From the NCBI GenBank assembly GCA_023705945.1, contig BPTM01000196.1:1-19751 (forward strand): a DNA stretch of 19,751 bases, in the 5' to 3' direction. How positions within the stretch are numbered: position 1 is the first letter of the stretch; every line of letters begins with the position of its first letter. This document shows positions 8,147 through 15,743 of this stretch, piece after piece. The DNA comes from Candidatus Heimdallarchaeota archaeon (GTDB lineage Archaea > Asgardarchaeota > Heimdallarchaeia > Heimdallarchaeales > Heimdallarchaeaceae). The position numbers and the translations under genes were made by a program. The notes under the pieces are model-generated. The model made no database searches, was not told the DNA's origin, and was given only the letters and a program-made list of their open reading frames with translations.

Positions 8147-8893
8147 TTAATTGTCATCTTCTTCTGCATTTTTTCTTCTTTTTTCCAAATCCTCTATTTC
8201 AGATTTTATGCTTTCCTCAGTGATTTTGATATGTTTTTCTGCAGAAACTAAATCTGCTTGTATCCCCTTCTCTAATTCCTCAATCTCTTCTTCAATTTCC
8301 CTCATTTCAGATTTCAAAGCTTCCTCCAGATTTTCTACATTCTCATCTTGAGTTTCTAAAATCGCTTGTTCTATTAGACTCTCGATTTTTTCTTTGTCCC
8401 TTTCAATTTTTTTAATTTCTTTTGTTAATGGGTCTTCAAGAGCTTCTTTAGATTCTTCTACTTCAACCTTAATGTCTTCTTCCATGGTTCTTCTCATTCT
8501 TGTTTCTCTTTCACCTAATAGATTGTAAACAAAAACTTGCACTGGATCAAACAGAGGTCGATAAATTTCTAAATCAAAGTCATCATGATGATTACATAAA
8601 TTATCAATTACAAAATCATCAATATTAAAATCATAAATAAGTGGATAGAATCTACATCCTTGGGGGCGATTTTCATAAATTGAGCACATTTTATTCTTCA
8701 AGAAAATGCAATGATTATCAATATTTCGTAATGTCATGAAACCATCTTTCTCTTCTAAAAACTCTTCAATTTTATATCCTAACAATTCTATTTTTGAGAT
8801 ATCCTCTTCAGATAGAGTCATCTCTGTGTCTAGACAACACTGGTAACACTCAATAGAATATGGGCAATAAAACTCAGGTAGAATATTTTTCAT
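8147..8893 (-). CDS. YkgJ/UPF0153-type Cys-cluster (zinc/iron-chelating) domain protein with a C-terminal acidic coiled-coil
   Basis: The N-terminal ~130 aa carries FYCPYSIECYQCCLD...LSEEDISKI and HCIFLKNKMCSIYENRPQGCRFYP, which is the CxxCxxCC ... C.F....C.IY..RP..CR.YP pattern. The C-terminal ~110 aa is E/K/I-rich with heptad character (EIEEEIEELEKG..., EIEDLEKRRK). Confidence 0.65.
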   Translation of the reverse strand: MKNILPEFYCPYSIECYQCCLDTEMTLSEEDISKIELLGYKIEEFLEEKDGFMTLRNIDNHCIFLKNKMCSIYENRPQGCRFYPLIYDFNIDDFVIDNLCNHHDDFDLEIYRPLFDPVQVFVYNLLGERETRMRRTMEEDIKVEVEESKEALEDPLTKEIKKIERDKEKIESLIEQAILETQDENVENLEEALKSEMREIEEEIEELEKGIQADLVSAEKHIKITEESIKSEIEDLEKRRKNAEEDDN

Positions 8894-8902
8894 TTTACCA
8901 CT

Positions 8903-10282
8903 TCATTTAGATGCTTTGTTAATTAGAAATTTCAATCTATCCTCAAATTCATTCTGAATTAACTCTATTTCAGGTTCATTATTTGCTTCTATTGTCATTC
9001 TTATTATTGGTGATGTGTTTGATGGGCGAATTAGTATCCATCCTTCTTCCAATTCTATTCTAACACCATCTAGGGTGTTTACTTCCTCATATTCTTTTTC
9101 AACTTCCATTTTAAATGCTTCAACAACATCGAATTTGAGTTTATCCTCGCAGTCTATTTCCAGCTTCTTCATAGGATAGATAGGTATTTTTTCTACTAAA
9201 TCTGAGAGTCTCAATTCTAAGTTATTAAGTATTTCTGCAATCTTAAGTGGAGTAATGATCGCATCATCAAATAAGAAGTATTCAGGAATAATAATGTGAC
9301 CACTAGATTCTAAACCTAGGGGCGATTTCTCTTGCTTTGCTTCTATTGTAAGATATGTGTGCCCTACTGGAATTTGTTTGATTCTATATCCTATGGGCTC
9401 AAGTTGTTCCTTAACCGCTTTAGAACACTCAACATTAATTATAATCGTTCCTTCTTTCTGCTTTAAGCCATACAACCCTATTATAATCCCTGTTTCATCT
9501 GCAGATAGTACTTTCCCCTTATTGTCAATAATAACCGCTCTATCCCCATCTCCATCAAATGCGACACCAAAATCACAAGCTTGTTCTTTCACAGCTTCCA
9601 TTATCTTAGTCAAATTCTCAGGTTTTGGATCTGATGGTCTTCCTGAGAAGAGTGGGTCAGGATCACAATAAATTGGAACAATTTCTAAATTAAGACGTGT
9701 AAAAACTTCTGGAGCGGAAAGAGTCATACTTCCACCTCCACAGTCTAGAGCTACTTTAAGTTTTTTTGAGAAACTGAATTTATTCTCAAAAAATTCCAAA
9801 TAAGGTTTAGTTACATTATAATTGTCTAATTGTCCTGTCTCTTGCCAACCTTTAATGGAGAATGTTTTACTAATTGTACGATCTCTTATCATCATTAATT
9901 CCTCTTCAGAGAACCCAACCCCATCTCCATGATAGAATTTTATCCCGTTCCATTCGGGAGGTAAATGACTTGCAGTTATAAATGCGATAGCCGTTTTGTT
10001 CAGAGACCATCCAGCAAATAGTGCTTGTCCAAATGCAGTTGTACCAGCAAAAGTAGCATTAATTCCTACAGCTGTAACTCCCGATATAAAAGAGTGGACT
10101 AGCGGAACGCTTGATTGTCGAATATCACAACCTACAGCTATATCCAACCCATTAAGCACTTCTTGTACATAGGATCCAAATGCTAAACCAATCTCGTACA
10201 TAATTGGAGGTGTTATATCTATGTTGTATAACCCTCTTATGTCATAAGCTCTAAAAATATGTCTTGAAATTTCAGGGCACAT
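8903..10282 (-). CDS. alpha-D-phosphohexomutase (phosphoglucomutase/phosphomannomutase/GlmM family)
   Basis: All four superfamily loops are present. The active-site Ser loop is TASHLPPEWNGIKF (Leu where Asn is usual). The Mg loop is GVAFDGDGDRAVII, the sugar loop is GLESSGHII and the phosphate loop is RPSNTSPIIRM. Only a 9-nt spacer separates it from the downstream YkgJ-like gene. Confidence 0.9.
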   Translation of the reverse strand: MCPEISRHIFRAYDIRGLYNIDITPPIMYEIGLAFGSYVQEVLNGLDIAVGCDIRQSSVPLVHSFISGVTAVGINATFAGTTAFGQALFAGWSLNKTAIAFITASHLPPEWNGIKFYHGDGVGFSEEELMMIRDRTISKTFSIKGWQETGQLDNYNVTKPYLEFFENKFSFSKKLKVALDCGGGSMTLSAPEVFTRLNLEIVPIYCDPDPLFSGRPSDPKPENLTKIMEAVKEQACDFGVAFDGDGDRAVIIDNKGKVLSADETGIIIGLYGLKQKEGTIIINVECSKAVKEQLEPIGYRIKQIPVGHTYLTIEAKQEKSPLGLESSGHIIIPEYFLFDDAIITPLKIAEILNNLELRLSDLVEKIPIYPMKKLEIDCEDKLKFDVVEAFKMEVEKEYEEVNTLDGVRIELEEGWILIRPSNTSPIIRMTIEANNEPEIELIQNEFEDRLKFLINKASK

Positions 10283-10305
10283 TATAATTATTTGGTAACT
10301 AGCAG

Positions 10306-10315
10306 TTTAAAAAAT
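10306..10315 (-). promoter_or_regulatory. TATA-like element (ATTTTTTAAA on the minus strand) for the phosphohexomutase gene
   Basis: The element is centred about 28 nt upstream of ATG 10282. No SD lies in between, which suggests a leaderless transcript. Confidence 0.35.
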
Positions 10316-10356
10316 TTGTTTCTTAAAAGGATTTTGAGACATTCGATCTACAAAAA

Positions 10357-10368
10357 TTTTTTATTAAA
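10357..10368 (+). promoter_or_regulatory. TATA-like element (TTTTTTATTAAA) for plsY
   Basis: The element is centred about 25 nt upstream of ATG 10388. This supports 10388 as the real start over the track's TTG 10292. Confidence 0.35.
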
Positions 10369-10387
10369 CTACAGCGTTTCAAAGAGC

Positions 10388-11116
10388 ATGCACATTTCAA
10401 TTGTTTATATTCTAATATTTATCAGCTCATATCTAATAGGTTCTGTCCCTTTCAGTTGGATTGTCACTAAACTAAAGACTGGCGAAGATCTGAGAGAAAT
10501 TGGCTCAGGTAATGTTGGAGGTAGAAATGTTTATCGTGCAACTAAATCGACACCTTGGGCAATATTTGCAGGTTTTCTTGATGTATCTAGATCTCTGACT
10601 GCTATGGCTGTCCCTTACATCATTACATGGAAATATTATTTTACAAGCTCTGAATTAATATCATCCTGGTTCAATGATACATTGGCTTGTTTTGCTCTAG
10701 CTTTAAGCGGAATTGGAGCAATTCTTGGACACAACTGGCCAATTTATCTCTTTTCACATGGTGGAAAAGGTATTACTGTAGTCATTGCTTCTATGGCATT
10801 TGCGAATCCTATACTTCTTGGATTCTGGATTCTTCTATGGCCAATCATCATAACAATTGTTGGTTATTCTTCAATAACCTATATTGTTGTTACATTCTTA
10901 GTTGGGGTAATTGCATTGTTCTTACCTTCTGTGATGTTAATGCCTTGGGCAAAATGCAATCTCGGTCTTGCTGTGTTGCTTTTTGGTATTACTATAATTA
11001 TGTTATCGAGACAAGGAGATAATTTCAGGAAAATAAGATCTGGTGAAGCAAAGAAAATGAAAATAATAAAAGTTTTCCGCGGAAAGAGTAAACTTTCCGA
11101 TGAAGCTTTGAAATAA
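10388..11116 (+). CDS. plsY: PlsY-family acyl-phosphate:glycerol-3-phosphate acyltransferase homologue
   Basis: From ATG 10388 the N-terminus reads SSYLIGSVPFSWIV (PlsY: aYLlGSiPfg.li). Also present are GSGNVGGRNVYR (GSGN.GatN), GHNWPIYLFSHGGKG (GHifPv...FkGGKG) and a C-terminal RQGDNFRKIRSGEAKK (H..Ni.Rl..G.E.k). The protein is multi-pass and hydrophobic. The track's N-terminal extension (10292-10387, TTG start) is probably not translated. Confidence 0.8.
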   Translation: MHISIVYILIFISSYLIGSVPFSWIVTKLKTGEDLREIGSGNVGGRNVYRATKSTPWAIFAGFLDVSRSLTAMAVPYIITWKYYFTSSELISSWFNDTLACFALALSGIGAILGHNWPIYLFSHGGKGITVVIASMAFANPILLGFWILLWPIIITIVGYSSITYIVVTFLVGVIALFLPSVMLMPWAKCNLGLAVLLFGITIIMLSRQGDNFRKIRSGEAKKMKIIKVFRGKSKLSDEALK

Positions 11117-11122
11117 AAATTG

Positions 11123-11141
11123 GGTAAGTTTTACGCTTACC
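11123..11141. terminator. Short hairpin between convergent plsY and arsM
   Basis: GGTAAG (11123-11128) pairs with CTTACC (11136-11141) around a 7-nt loop, TTTTACG. It fills nearly the whole 25-nt convergent spacer. The stem is only 6 bp. Confidence 0.3.
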
Positions 11142-11993
11142 TCAATAATCTTTTTTTGGTTTTATTGCTGTAACAGTTATACTTTGTATTGATTCTTGAA
11201 TACACCCAACATCTTCTTTAATCTCATCCAAATCTTCTATGTTCATTATTTCACCATCGACTACTAGTAAAGGGTCTCCTGTTTCTTCATTTAGATTTAA
11301 CTCTTCAGTAGAACTTTGTACTTTTTGTACGATTTCAATATTTTCGAAACCAGAGTTACTAATCAATTCTAAATATTTCTCTGTCAATTCCGCTCCTGCA
11401 ACACATCCAGCAAGAAGTGTTTCATTTTTTCTTAATGACTCTGGAAGTATTTTGAGTAGCACAATGTCTGATATCGCAATCCTACCTCCTGGTTTAAGCA
11501 CTCTAAATGCTTCATCAAACACTCTTTGTTTTTCTGGTGATAGATTGATTACACAATTGGATATGATTATATCTACGGAATCATTGGCAACTGGTAGATT
11601 TTCTATTTCACCTAATCTAAATTCAACATTTTCAAAGTTGTTCTTCTCTGCATTATCTCTTGCTAAATCGATCATATCTGGTGTCATATCAACTCCGATT
11701 ACTTTGCCTTTGTTCCCTACTTTTTGAGCTGCTAAAAAGCAATCAAGCCCTCCTCCGGCTCCTAAATCCAGTACGACTTCTCCTTCTTTGAGTGAGGCTA
11801 TTGCTGTAGGGTTACCACATCCTAATCCCATATTAGCCGCATTAGGAATGCTTTCCAATTCTTGTGAAGAATATCCTATTGCTTTGCTTACTGCGTCTGC
11901 ATCCACTTTTGTAGATCCACAACAAGAGGATTGACTCTTAGCTACTTTCCTATATCTATCTCTTACAATTTTCTTTACGTTTTTTGTTTCCAT
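11142..11993 (-). CDS. arsM: Arsenite S-adenosylmethionine methyltransferase
   Basis: An N-terminal CC pair (SSCCGS) is present. LGCGNP is followed by SAM motif I VLDLGAGGGLDCFLAA. The As(III)-binding cysteines sit in ISNCVINLSP and LLAGCVAGA. I place the start at ATG 11993, which has AAGGTGAG 5 nt upstream. The track's longer ORF begins at a TTG (12014) inside the upstream gene. Confidence 0.9.
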   Translation of the reverse strand: METKNVKKIVRDRYRKVAKSQSSCCGSTKVDADAVSKAIGYSSQELESIPNAANMGLGCGNPTAIASLKEGEVVLDLGAGGGLDCFLAAQKVGNKGKVIGVDMTPDMIDLARDNAEKNNFENVEFRLGEIENLPVANDSVDIIISNCVINLSPEKQRVFDEAFRVLKPGGRIAISDIVLLKILPESLRKNETLLAGCVAGAELTEKYLELISNSGFENIEIVQKVQSSTEELNLNEETGDPLLVVDGEIMNIEDLDEIKEDVGCIQESIQSITVTAIKPKKDY

Positions 11994-12003
11994 GTTTCTC
12001 ACC

Positions 12004-12285
12004 TTATTCCTCAAGTATTTTTTTCATAACTGGCTTGAGCATAATTTTTATCATATTATCCATCGTATTTGCTTTTATTAGAGAAATGCTAGCTATCTTT
12101 CCTTTATCTCTCATCCCTATGACGATGAGTTTATCTTTTTCCTTCAATCCCATCTCGTCCCTAAGACTCTTTGGAAGAACTATCTGCCCTTTTTTGTCAA
12201 TCTGAGCTACACCCTCTACATGACAACACCCTAACTCTTCATAGCTTGACTGGCAACATTTCTCGTCTTTAGTGTCCTTGTTCAT
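12004..12285 (-). CDS. AbrB/SpoVT-type (looped-hinge-helix) DNA-binding protein with an N-terminal double vicinal-cysteine motif
   Basis: The SpoVT/AbrB core is IDKKGQIVLPKSLRDEMGLKEKDKLIVIG. It is preceded by KCCQSSYEELGCCH (CC-x9-CC). The stop codon TAA (12004-12006) overlaps the arsM Shine-Dalgarno sequence (TAAGGTGAG). Confidence 0.7.
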   Translation of the reverse strand: MNKDTKDEKCCQSSYEELGCCHVEGVAQIDKKGQIVLPKSLRDEMGLKEKDKLIVIGMRDKGKIASISLIKANTMDNMIKIMLKPVMKKILEE

Positions 12286-12414
12286 ATCTATCCCTAGCTT
12301 ATCCTCCGTTTATGCATTAATAAATCTTCTGAAATTTCCTATTTTTCCGAATTTTCCTACTTCTATCTCTCTTTCGTGAGAATGCTTTTATTCTTTTTCA
12401 ATAAAAATTTTTTA

Positions 12415-12912
12415 ATGAAACAGGCAGTTATTATTACCGGAACTCCAGGAACAGGTAAGACAACACTTTCCAAACTTCTCTCAAAGGAAGGTTACTCTTT
12501 TATCGAGGTTGGAAAACTCGTAAAAGAGGAGAGATTATATGATTATTTTGATGAAGAAACAGATAGTTATGTAGTAAATGATGATCTGCTTAATGCAAGG
12601 TTAATAAAATTAATTGAAGAAAATTCTTCCTCAAATCCTCTTATCCTTGATGGACATGTAGTAGAACTCCCTCCTTCTTATATTGCCTCTTGTATAGTTC
12701 TCAGGACTTCCATAGGGCTTCTCCGCCAAAGGTTGATTGACAGAAGTTATAATGCGGCGAAGATTGAAGAGAATATTGAAGCCGAAATTATGGAAGTAAT
12801 CCTTACAGATATGCTCAATCTGTATGGCCCTGAGATTGTTTCTACTGTTCGATCCGATGTTTCTATTGAGGAAACCTTTCAGAGTGCTTTGTATATTTTG
12901 GGAAAGATATAG
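12415..12912 (+). CDS. Fap7/AK6-type adenylate kinase-like NTPase (small-subunit ribosome maturation factor)
   Basis: From ATG 12415 the sequence reads MKQAVIITGTPGTGKTTLSKLL (P-loop directly at the N-terminus, as in Fap7). LILDGHVV carries the family His motif. The size is about 165 aa. The track's GTG 12376 extension adds an implausible hydrophobic leader. Confidence 0.8.
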   Translation: MKQAVIITGTPGTGKTTLSKLLSKEGYSFIEVGKLVKEERLYDYFDEETDSYVVNDDLLNARLIKLIEENSSSNPLILDGHVVELPPSYIASCIVLRTSIGLLRQRLIDRSYNAAKIEENIEAEIMEVILTDMLNLYGPEIVSTVRSDVSIEETFQSALYILGKI

Positions 12913-12919
12913 GTGAAAT

Positions 12920-13270
12920 CTAATCATTAATTCGTATGGACAATATACCACGTTTATCTTTTTGAACCATTACAGCTTCATTAGGAGCTACGATAGTAAA
13001 AACCTTGTTTTTTGAACCTCTTCCAAACAGTTTGGAAAGTTTGAAATCGTCTCCACCATCAAACGAGAAGAGCTTTAGACCTACAAATTCATTGAAGTCA
13101 ATTTTCCCCATTGTTTTACTGATGAGATTCATTTCTTCTGCAGGTGTCAAACCATTTTCTAGTACGAGGATGGTATTTCTCATAACTTTTGAAAGAATGT
13201 AACGAATCTTTTCATCATCAGTGAGATCATTAGTTTCCGCATATGGAACAAAATCTACTCTATACTTCAT
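12920..13270 (-). CDS. DUF2073 (COG3365-like) archaeal protein of unknown function
   Basis: The central segment of this 116-aa protein, ILVLENGLTPAEEMNLISKTMGKIDFNEFVGLKL, matches my recollection of the DUF2073 core (ilvlE.gLtPeEE..LI..TM..I). It starts 2 nt after the GTPase stop, and its AAGGTGAG SD lies inside the GTPase 3' end. Confidence 0.6.
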   Translation of the reverse strand: MKYRVDFVPYAETNDLTDDEKIRYILSKVMRNTILVLENGLTPAEEMNLISKTMGKIDFNEFVGLKLFSFDGGDDFKLSKLFGRGSKNKVFTIVAPNEAVMVQKDKRGILSIRIND

Positions 13271-13272
13271 GT

Positions 13273-13890
13273 CTATCGCCTCACCTTTTTAGCTAACTCA
13301 GCTATTTTATCATAAAGCTCATCGATTCCATCGCCTTGAATTGCTGAAACTGGTACAACAGGATACTGACTAAAAGCATCTCTGACAAGTCTTACATCAG
13401 CTTCCACCAAGTCAATTTTGTTTGGTACTAAAATGAATGGTTTTTTCTGATGCTCTAGATTTCCTATAATTGTGAAATTAACTTGATCAAAAGGTGATTT
13501 AGATGCATCAATTATAACAAGTGCTACATCAACTTGTTCAAGATACTTTATCGCTTCAATAATTCCTCTAGTTGCTTCTTTTGCTCTTTGCATCGCATCA
13601 CTTGCTGATAAACCATGTTTCATAAATTCCTTTGGATTAACAGAAGTAGCAATTCCTGGCATGTCTATTAAAGTTAAATCTAATTTAGTACCGTTAGCAG
13701 AGAAATTCACTTTTTCTAACTTTTGAATCTCTCTAGTTTCATGAGGAATCTCACTCACTATACCCACTTCTTGTTCTGCCCAATCCAGACCAATTTTATT
13801 AGCGAGAGTTGTTTTTCCCGCGTTTACTTCTCCGTAGAACCCTAAATTAACGGATTTTGGCTTTGACTTCAGCCACGATCTCCATGACAA
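13273..13890 (-). CDS. P-loop GTPase (partner of DUF2073, subfamily uncertain)
   Basis: G1 is GEVNAGKTT. A switch-I Thr lies in PHETREI. G3 is LIDMPGI, G4 is VPNKIDL and G5 is VSAIQG. The start is TTG (13888-13890) with AAGGTGA 5 nt upstream. Confidence 0.85.
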   Translation of the reverse strand: MSWRSWLKSKPKSVNLGFYGEVNAGKTTLANKIGLDWAEQEVGIVSEIPHETREIQKLEKVNFSANGTKLDLTLIDMPGIATSVNPKEFMKHGLSASDAMQRAKEATRGIIEAIKYLEQVDVALVIIDASKSPFDQVNFTIIGNLEHQKKPFILVPNKIDLVEADVRLVRDAFSQYPVVPVSAIQGDGIDELYDKIAELAKKVRR

Positions 13891-13991
13891 TCAATTCACC
13901 TTAATGAAGCATTCTTATAAGTTACCTTAAACAGAAATATTATTGTCAACACACGCTAGTATTACGAGGAATTGCTTAAAAAAAGTCATAA

Positions 13992-14001
13992 AAATTATAT
14001 A
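13992..14001 (+). promoter_or_regulatory. TATA-like element (AAATTATATA) upstream of the membrane zinc-ribbon gene
   Basis: The element is centred about 27 nt upstream of the GTG 14024 candidate start, in the 133-nt divergent spacer. Confidence 0.3.
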
Positions 14002-14023
14002 GTTTGAGAACCTAGAATATCAA

Positions 14024-14569
14024 GTGAGACTAAATAAAGAATTAAAAAGATTAAGTTTTGACCTCTTAGCTCTTGTTCTAAGCGCAGGAATGACCTACCT
14101 GTCTTATATAGTTGTTACGAGCATAGAAACATTTGAACAATGGGATCGATATATTATACTGATTTTCACAAGTTTAATAGCAGGAATAATTGTTGGCTTT
14201 TTTGCCTTCAAAACAGAAGGTTTGATTATTGTCATTATACTGGGAACTACAATGTTGTCAATTCTAACGATTTTCGGTGTAAAAGGAATCGGTCTGTCAG
14301 AAACCTCAGAGAACTATTTACTCTCCTTATTCGTTTATATCTTAATCGGAATACTTTCTCTTTGTAATAACCTCTTTGGTTCATTTCTTGGTCGGATTGT
14401 AAGTCCCAAACTTTGGAAAGTAGCAAAAGGAGAAATAGAAATTTCTGATATAAAAGATGCGGTACAACCAACAACTCAAGTGAAGGAGCGAAATTTTTGC
14501 AAAAATTGTGGTTCAGAAGTACCTCATGGATATTCTACTTGTGAGATTTGTGGGACTTCAATAAACTAA
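14024..14569 (+). CDS. Multi-pass membrane protein with a C-terminal cytosolic zinc ribbon
   Basis: There are about four hydrophobic helices, then CKNCGSEVPHGYSTCEICG (CxxC-x10-CxxC) at the extreme C-terminus. The start is uncertain: GTG 14024 or ATG 14090. Confidence 0.55.
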   Translation: MRLNKELKRLSFDLLALVLSAGMTYLSYIVVTSIETFEQWDRYIILIFTSLIAGIIVGFFAFKTEGLIIVIILGTTMLSILTIFGVKGIGLSETSENYLLSLFVYILIGILSLCNNLFGSFLGRIVSPKLWKVAKGEIEISDIKDAVQPTTQVKERNFCKNCGSEVPHGYSTCEICGTSIN

Positions 14570-14597
14570 ATAAATTAGAAGAAAGGAGAAGGTGAAA

Positions 14598-15743
14598 TCA
14601 AAGGCATTTCATTTTTGATGGGGTAAATGATAAACGGGTAATTCCATCCTTCCGTACAACCACATCATCTTCTAATCTTATTCCAAACTCTCCTTGGAAG
14701 TATAACCCAGGTTCAACGGTTATAATAGAGTTTTCTAGAAGTTGTTTACTTGGTCTGTCAGGTGTAGCTTTAGCTATTCCTATCCCAATATCATGTGTTT
14801 CTAGCCCCAGAGAATGTCCTGTAGAATGAATAAAGAGTTTCTCGTGATCATATCCAAATTCTTCAAACTTATCTCGAACTACGTTTTCGACATCTGAAGA
14901 TAAAACCCCTGCTTTTATCTTGTTAAAAGCAGCTTCTTTTGCTTTATCAACTGCCTCATATGCGCGTAATATATTTTCTGGTGGGTTTCTACCTATCCAG
15001 TAGGTGTGTGTTATATCTGAATTTGCAAGATTATATGATACACCATAATCTATGAGTAAAACGGTATTTTCTTCTATCTTCTTCTCTCCTGCTTTGTGAT
15101 GGGGAATAGCTGCATTTGGTCCTGAAGCAACAATAGCTTCGAAAGCGACACCACCTCGTTTATTACATTCATATTCTATAAGCGCATTAATTTCCTTTTC
15201 TCTCATACCTGGTTTAATACTTGGTTCAACTACTTCTTCCATAAGTTCTTCTGCTAATCTAGCTGCTTCCTGATGGTTTTCAATCTCTTTTTTTGTTTTA
15301 ACTGCTCTTATATCAAAAATAAGATCCTTTGCTGATACATATTCAAGTTCCTTATTTAAGGAAGTTAAAGCTTTAAATGAACCACTTGTTAGAATATCAT
15401 AATTCATCTTCTTGAAAACTTCATCTTCTTCAACAAAGTTCAAAGCTATCTTTGATCCTTTAGGAATTGAATTGAATTGTTTTTTTAATAATTCTTGTAA
15501 TTCAGATCCTTTATTGTATTCAGTAACATCATAGATATCTGAATTAATCATCATTGCTTCCATTCTGGAGGCAATCACTTTTGGTTTTCCATCTCTAGTA
15601 ATGAGAACAAACGTGGGTCCAGAAAACCATTTCTCAAGTAGATATTTGAGATGTATATCATAAGAATGATGACAGAAAACACCCCATCCATCAATTTCTT
15701 GTTCACGTAAAACGTTTTGAATTCTTTTGATTTTCTCTTTCAT
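14598..15743 (-). CDS. M24B-family Xaa-Pro aminopeptidase/dipeptidase
   Basis: A creatinase-like N-domain is followed by a pita-bread domain with all five metal ligands in context: LIDYG, NSDITHT, HSTGHSLGLETHD, VEPGLY and RLEDDV. The start ATG overlaps the cofC stop as TAATG (15741-15745). Confidence 0.9.
   Translation of the reverse strand: MKEKIKRIQNVLREQEIDGWGVFCHHSYDIHLKYLLEKWFSGPTFVLITRDGKPKVIASRMEAMMINSDIYDVTEYNKGSELQELLKKQFNSIPKGSKIALNFVEEDEVFKKMNYDILTSGSFKALTSLNKELEYVSAKDLIFDIRAVKTKKEIENHQEAARLAEELMEEVVEPSIKPGMREKEINALIEYECNKRGGVAFEAIVASGPNAAIPHHKAGEKKIEENTVLLIDYGVSYNLANSDITHTYWIGRNPPENILRAYEAVDKAKEAAFNKIKAGVLSSDVENVVRDKFEEFGYDHEKLFIHSTGHSLGLETHDIGIGIAKATPDRPSKQLLENSIITVEPGLYFQGEFGIRLEDDVVVRKDGITRLSFTPSKMKCL

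Noticed and set aside
8147-8500. A possible DNA tandem repeat in the glutamate-rich tail of the YkgJ-like gene.
   Set aside because: The apparent periodicity comes from GAA/GAG/AAA codon low complexity. I could not find exact repeat units, unlike in the rpoH tail.
10292-10387. An N-terminal 32-aa extension of PlsY from a TTG start, as given in the ORF track.
   Set aside because: The PlsY family N-terminus (hydrophobic helix then GSVPF) begins at ATG 10388. The extension covers the divergent promoter spacer, which contains two TATA-like boxes.
11239-11727. A 162-aa + strand ORF antisense to arsM (S/F/L/I-rich).
   Set aside because: It lies entirely inside a confidently identified arsM gene on the opposite strand. 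Its composition is the codon-complement shadow of an AT-rich coding region, and it has no motifs, SD or promoter.
11994-12014. A longer arsM ORF starting at TTG 12014 and overlapping the AbrB-like gene.
   Set aside because: ATG 11993 has a perfect AAGGTGAG SD 5 nt upstream. The extension (MRNKVRN) adds nothing conserved and would overlap the upstream gene by 11 nt.
12376-12414. A GTG-initiated 13-aa leader (MRMLLFFFNKNFL) on the Fap7 gene.
   Set aside because: Fap7/AK6 proteins start immediately before the P-loop strand, and ATG 12415 gives MKQAVIITGTPGTGKTT. The leader overlaps the probable promoter.
13273-13890. Calling the GTPase a eukaryote-like small GTPase (Arf/Ras/Rag type, an Asgard ESP), because the P-loop NAGKTT resembles Arf.
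   Set aside because: The G3 motif is DMPG, like DxPG of Era/EngB-type GTPases, not the DxxGQ of the Ras/Arf superfamily. The conserved pairing with DUF2073 points to the archaeal housekeeping trio. Subfamily assignment needs a profile search.
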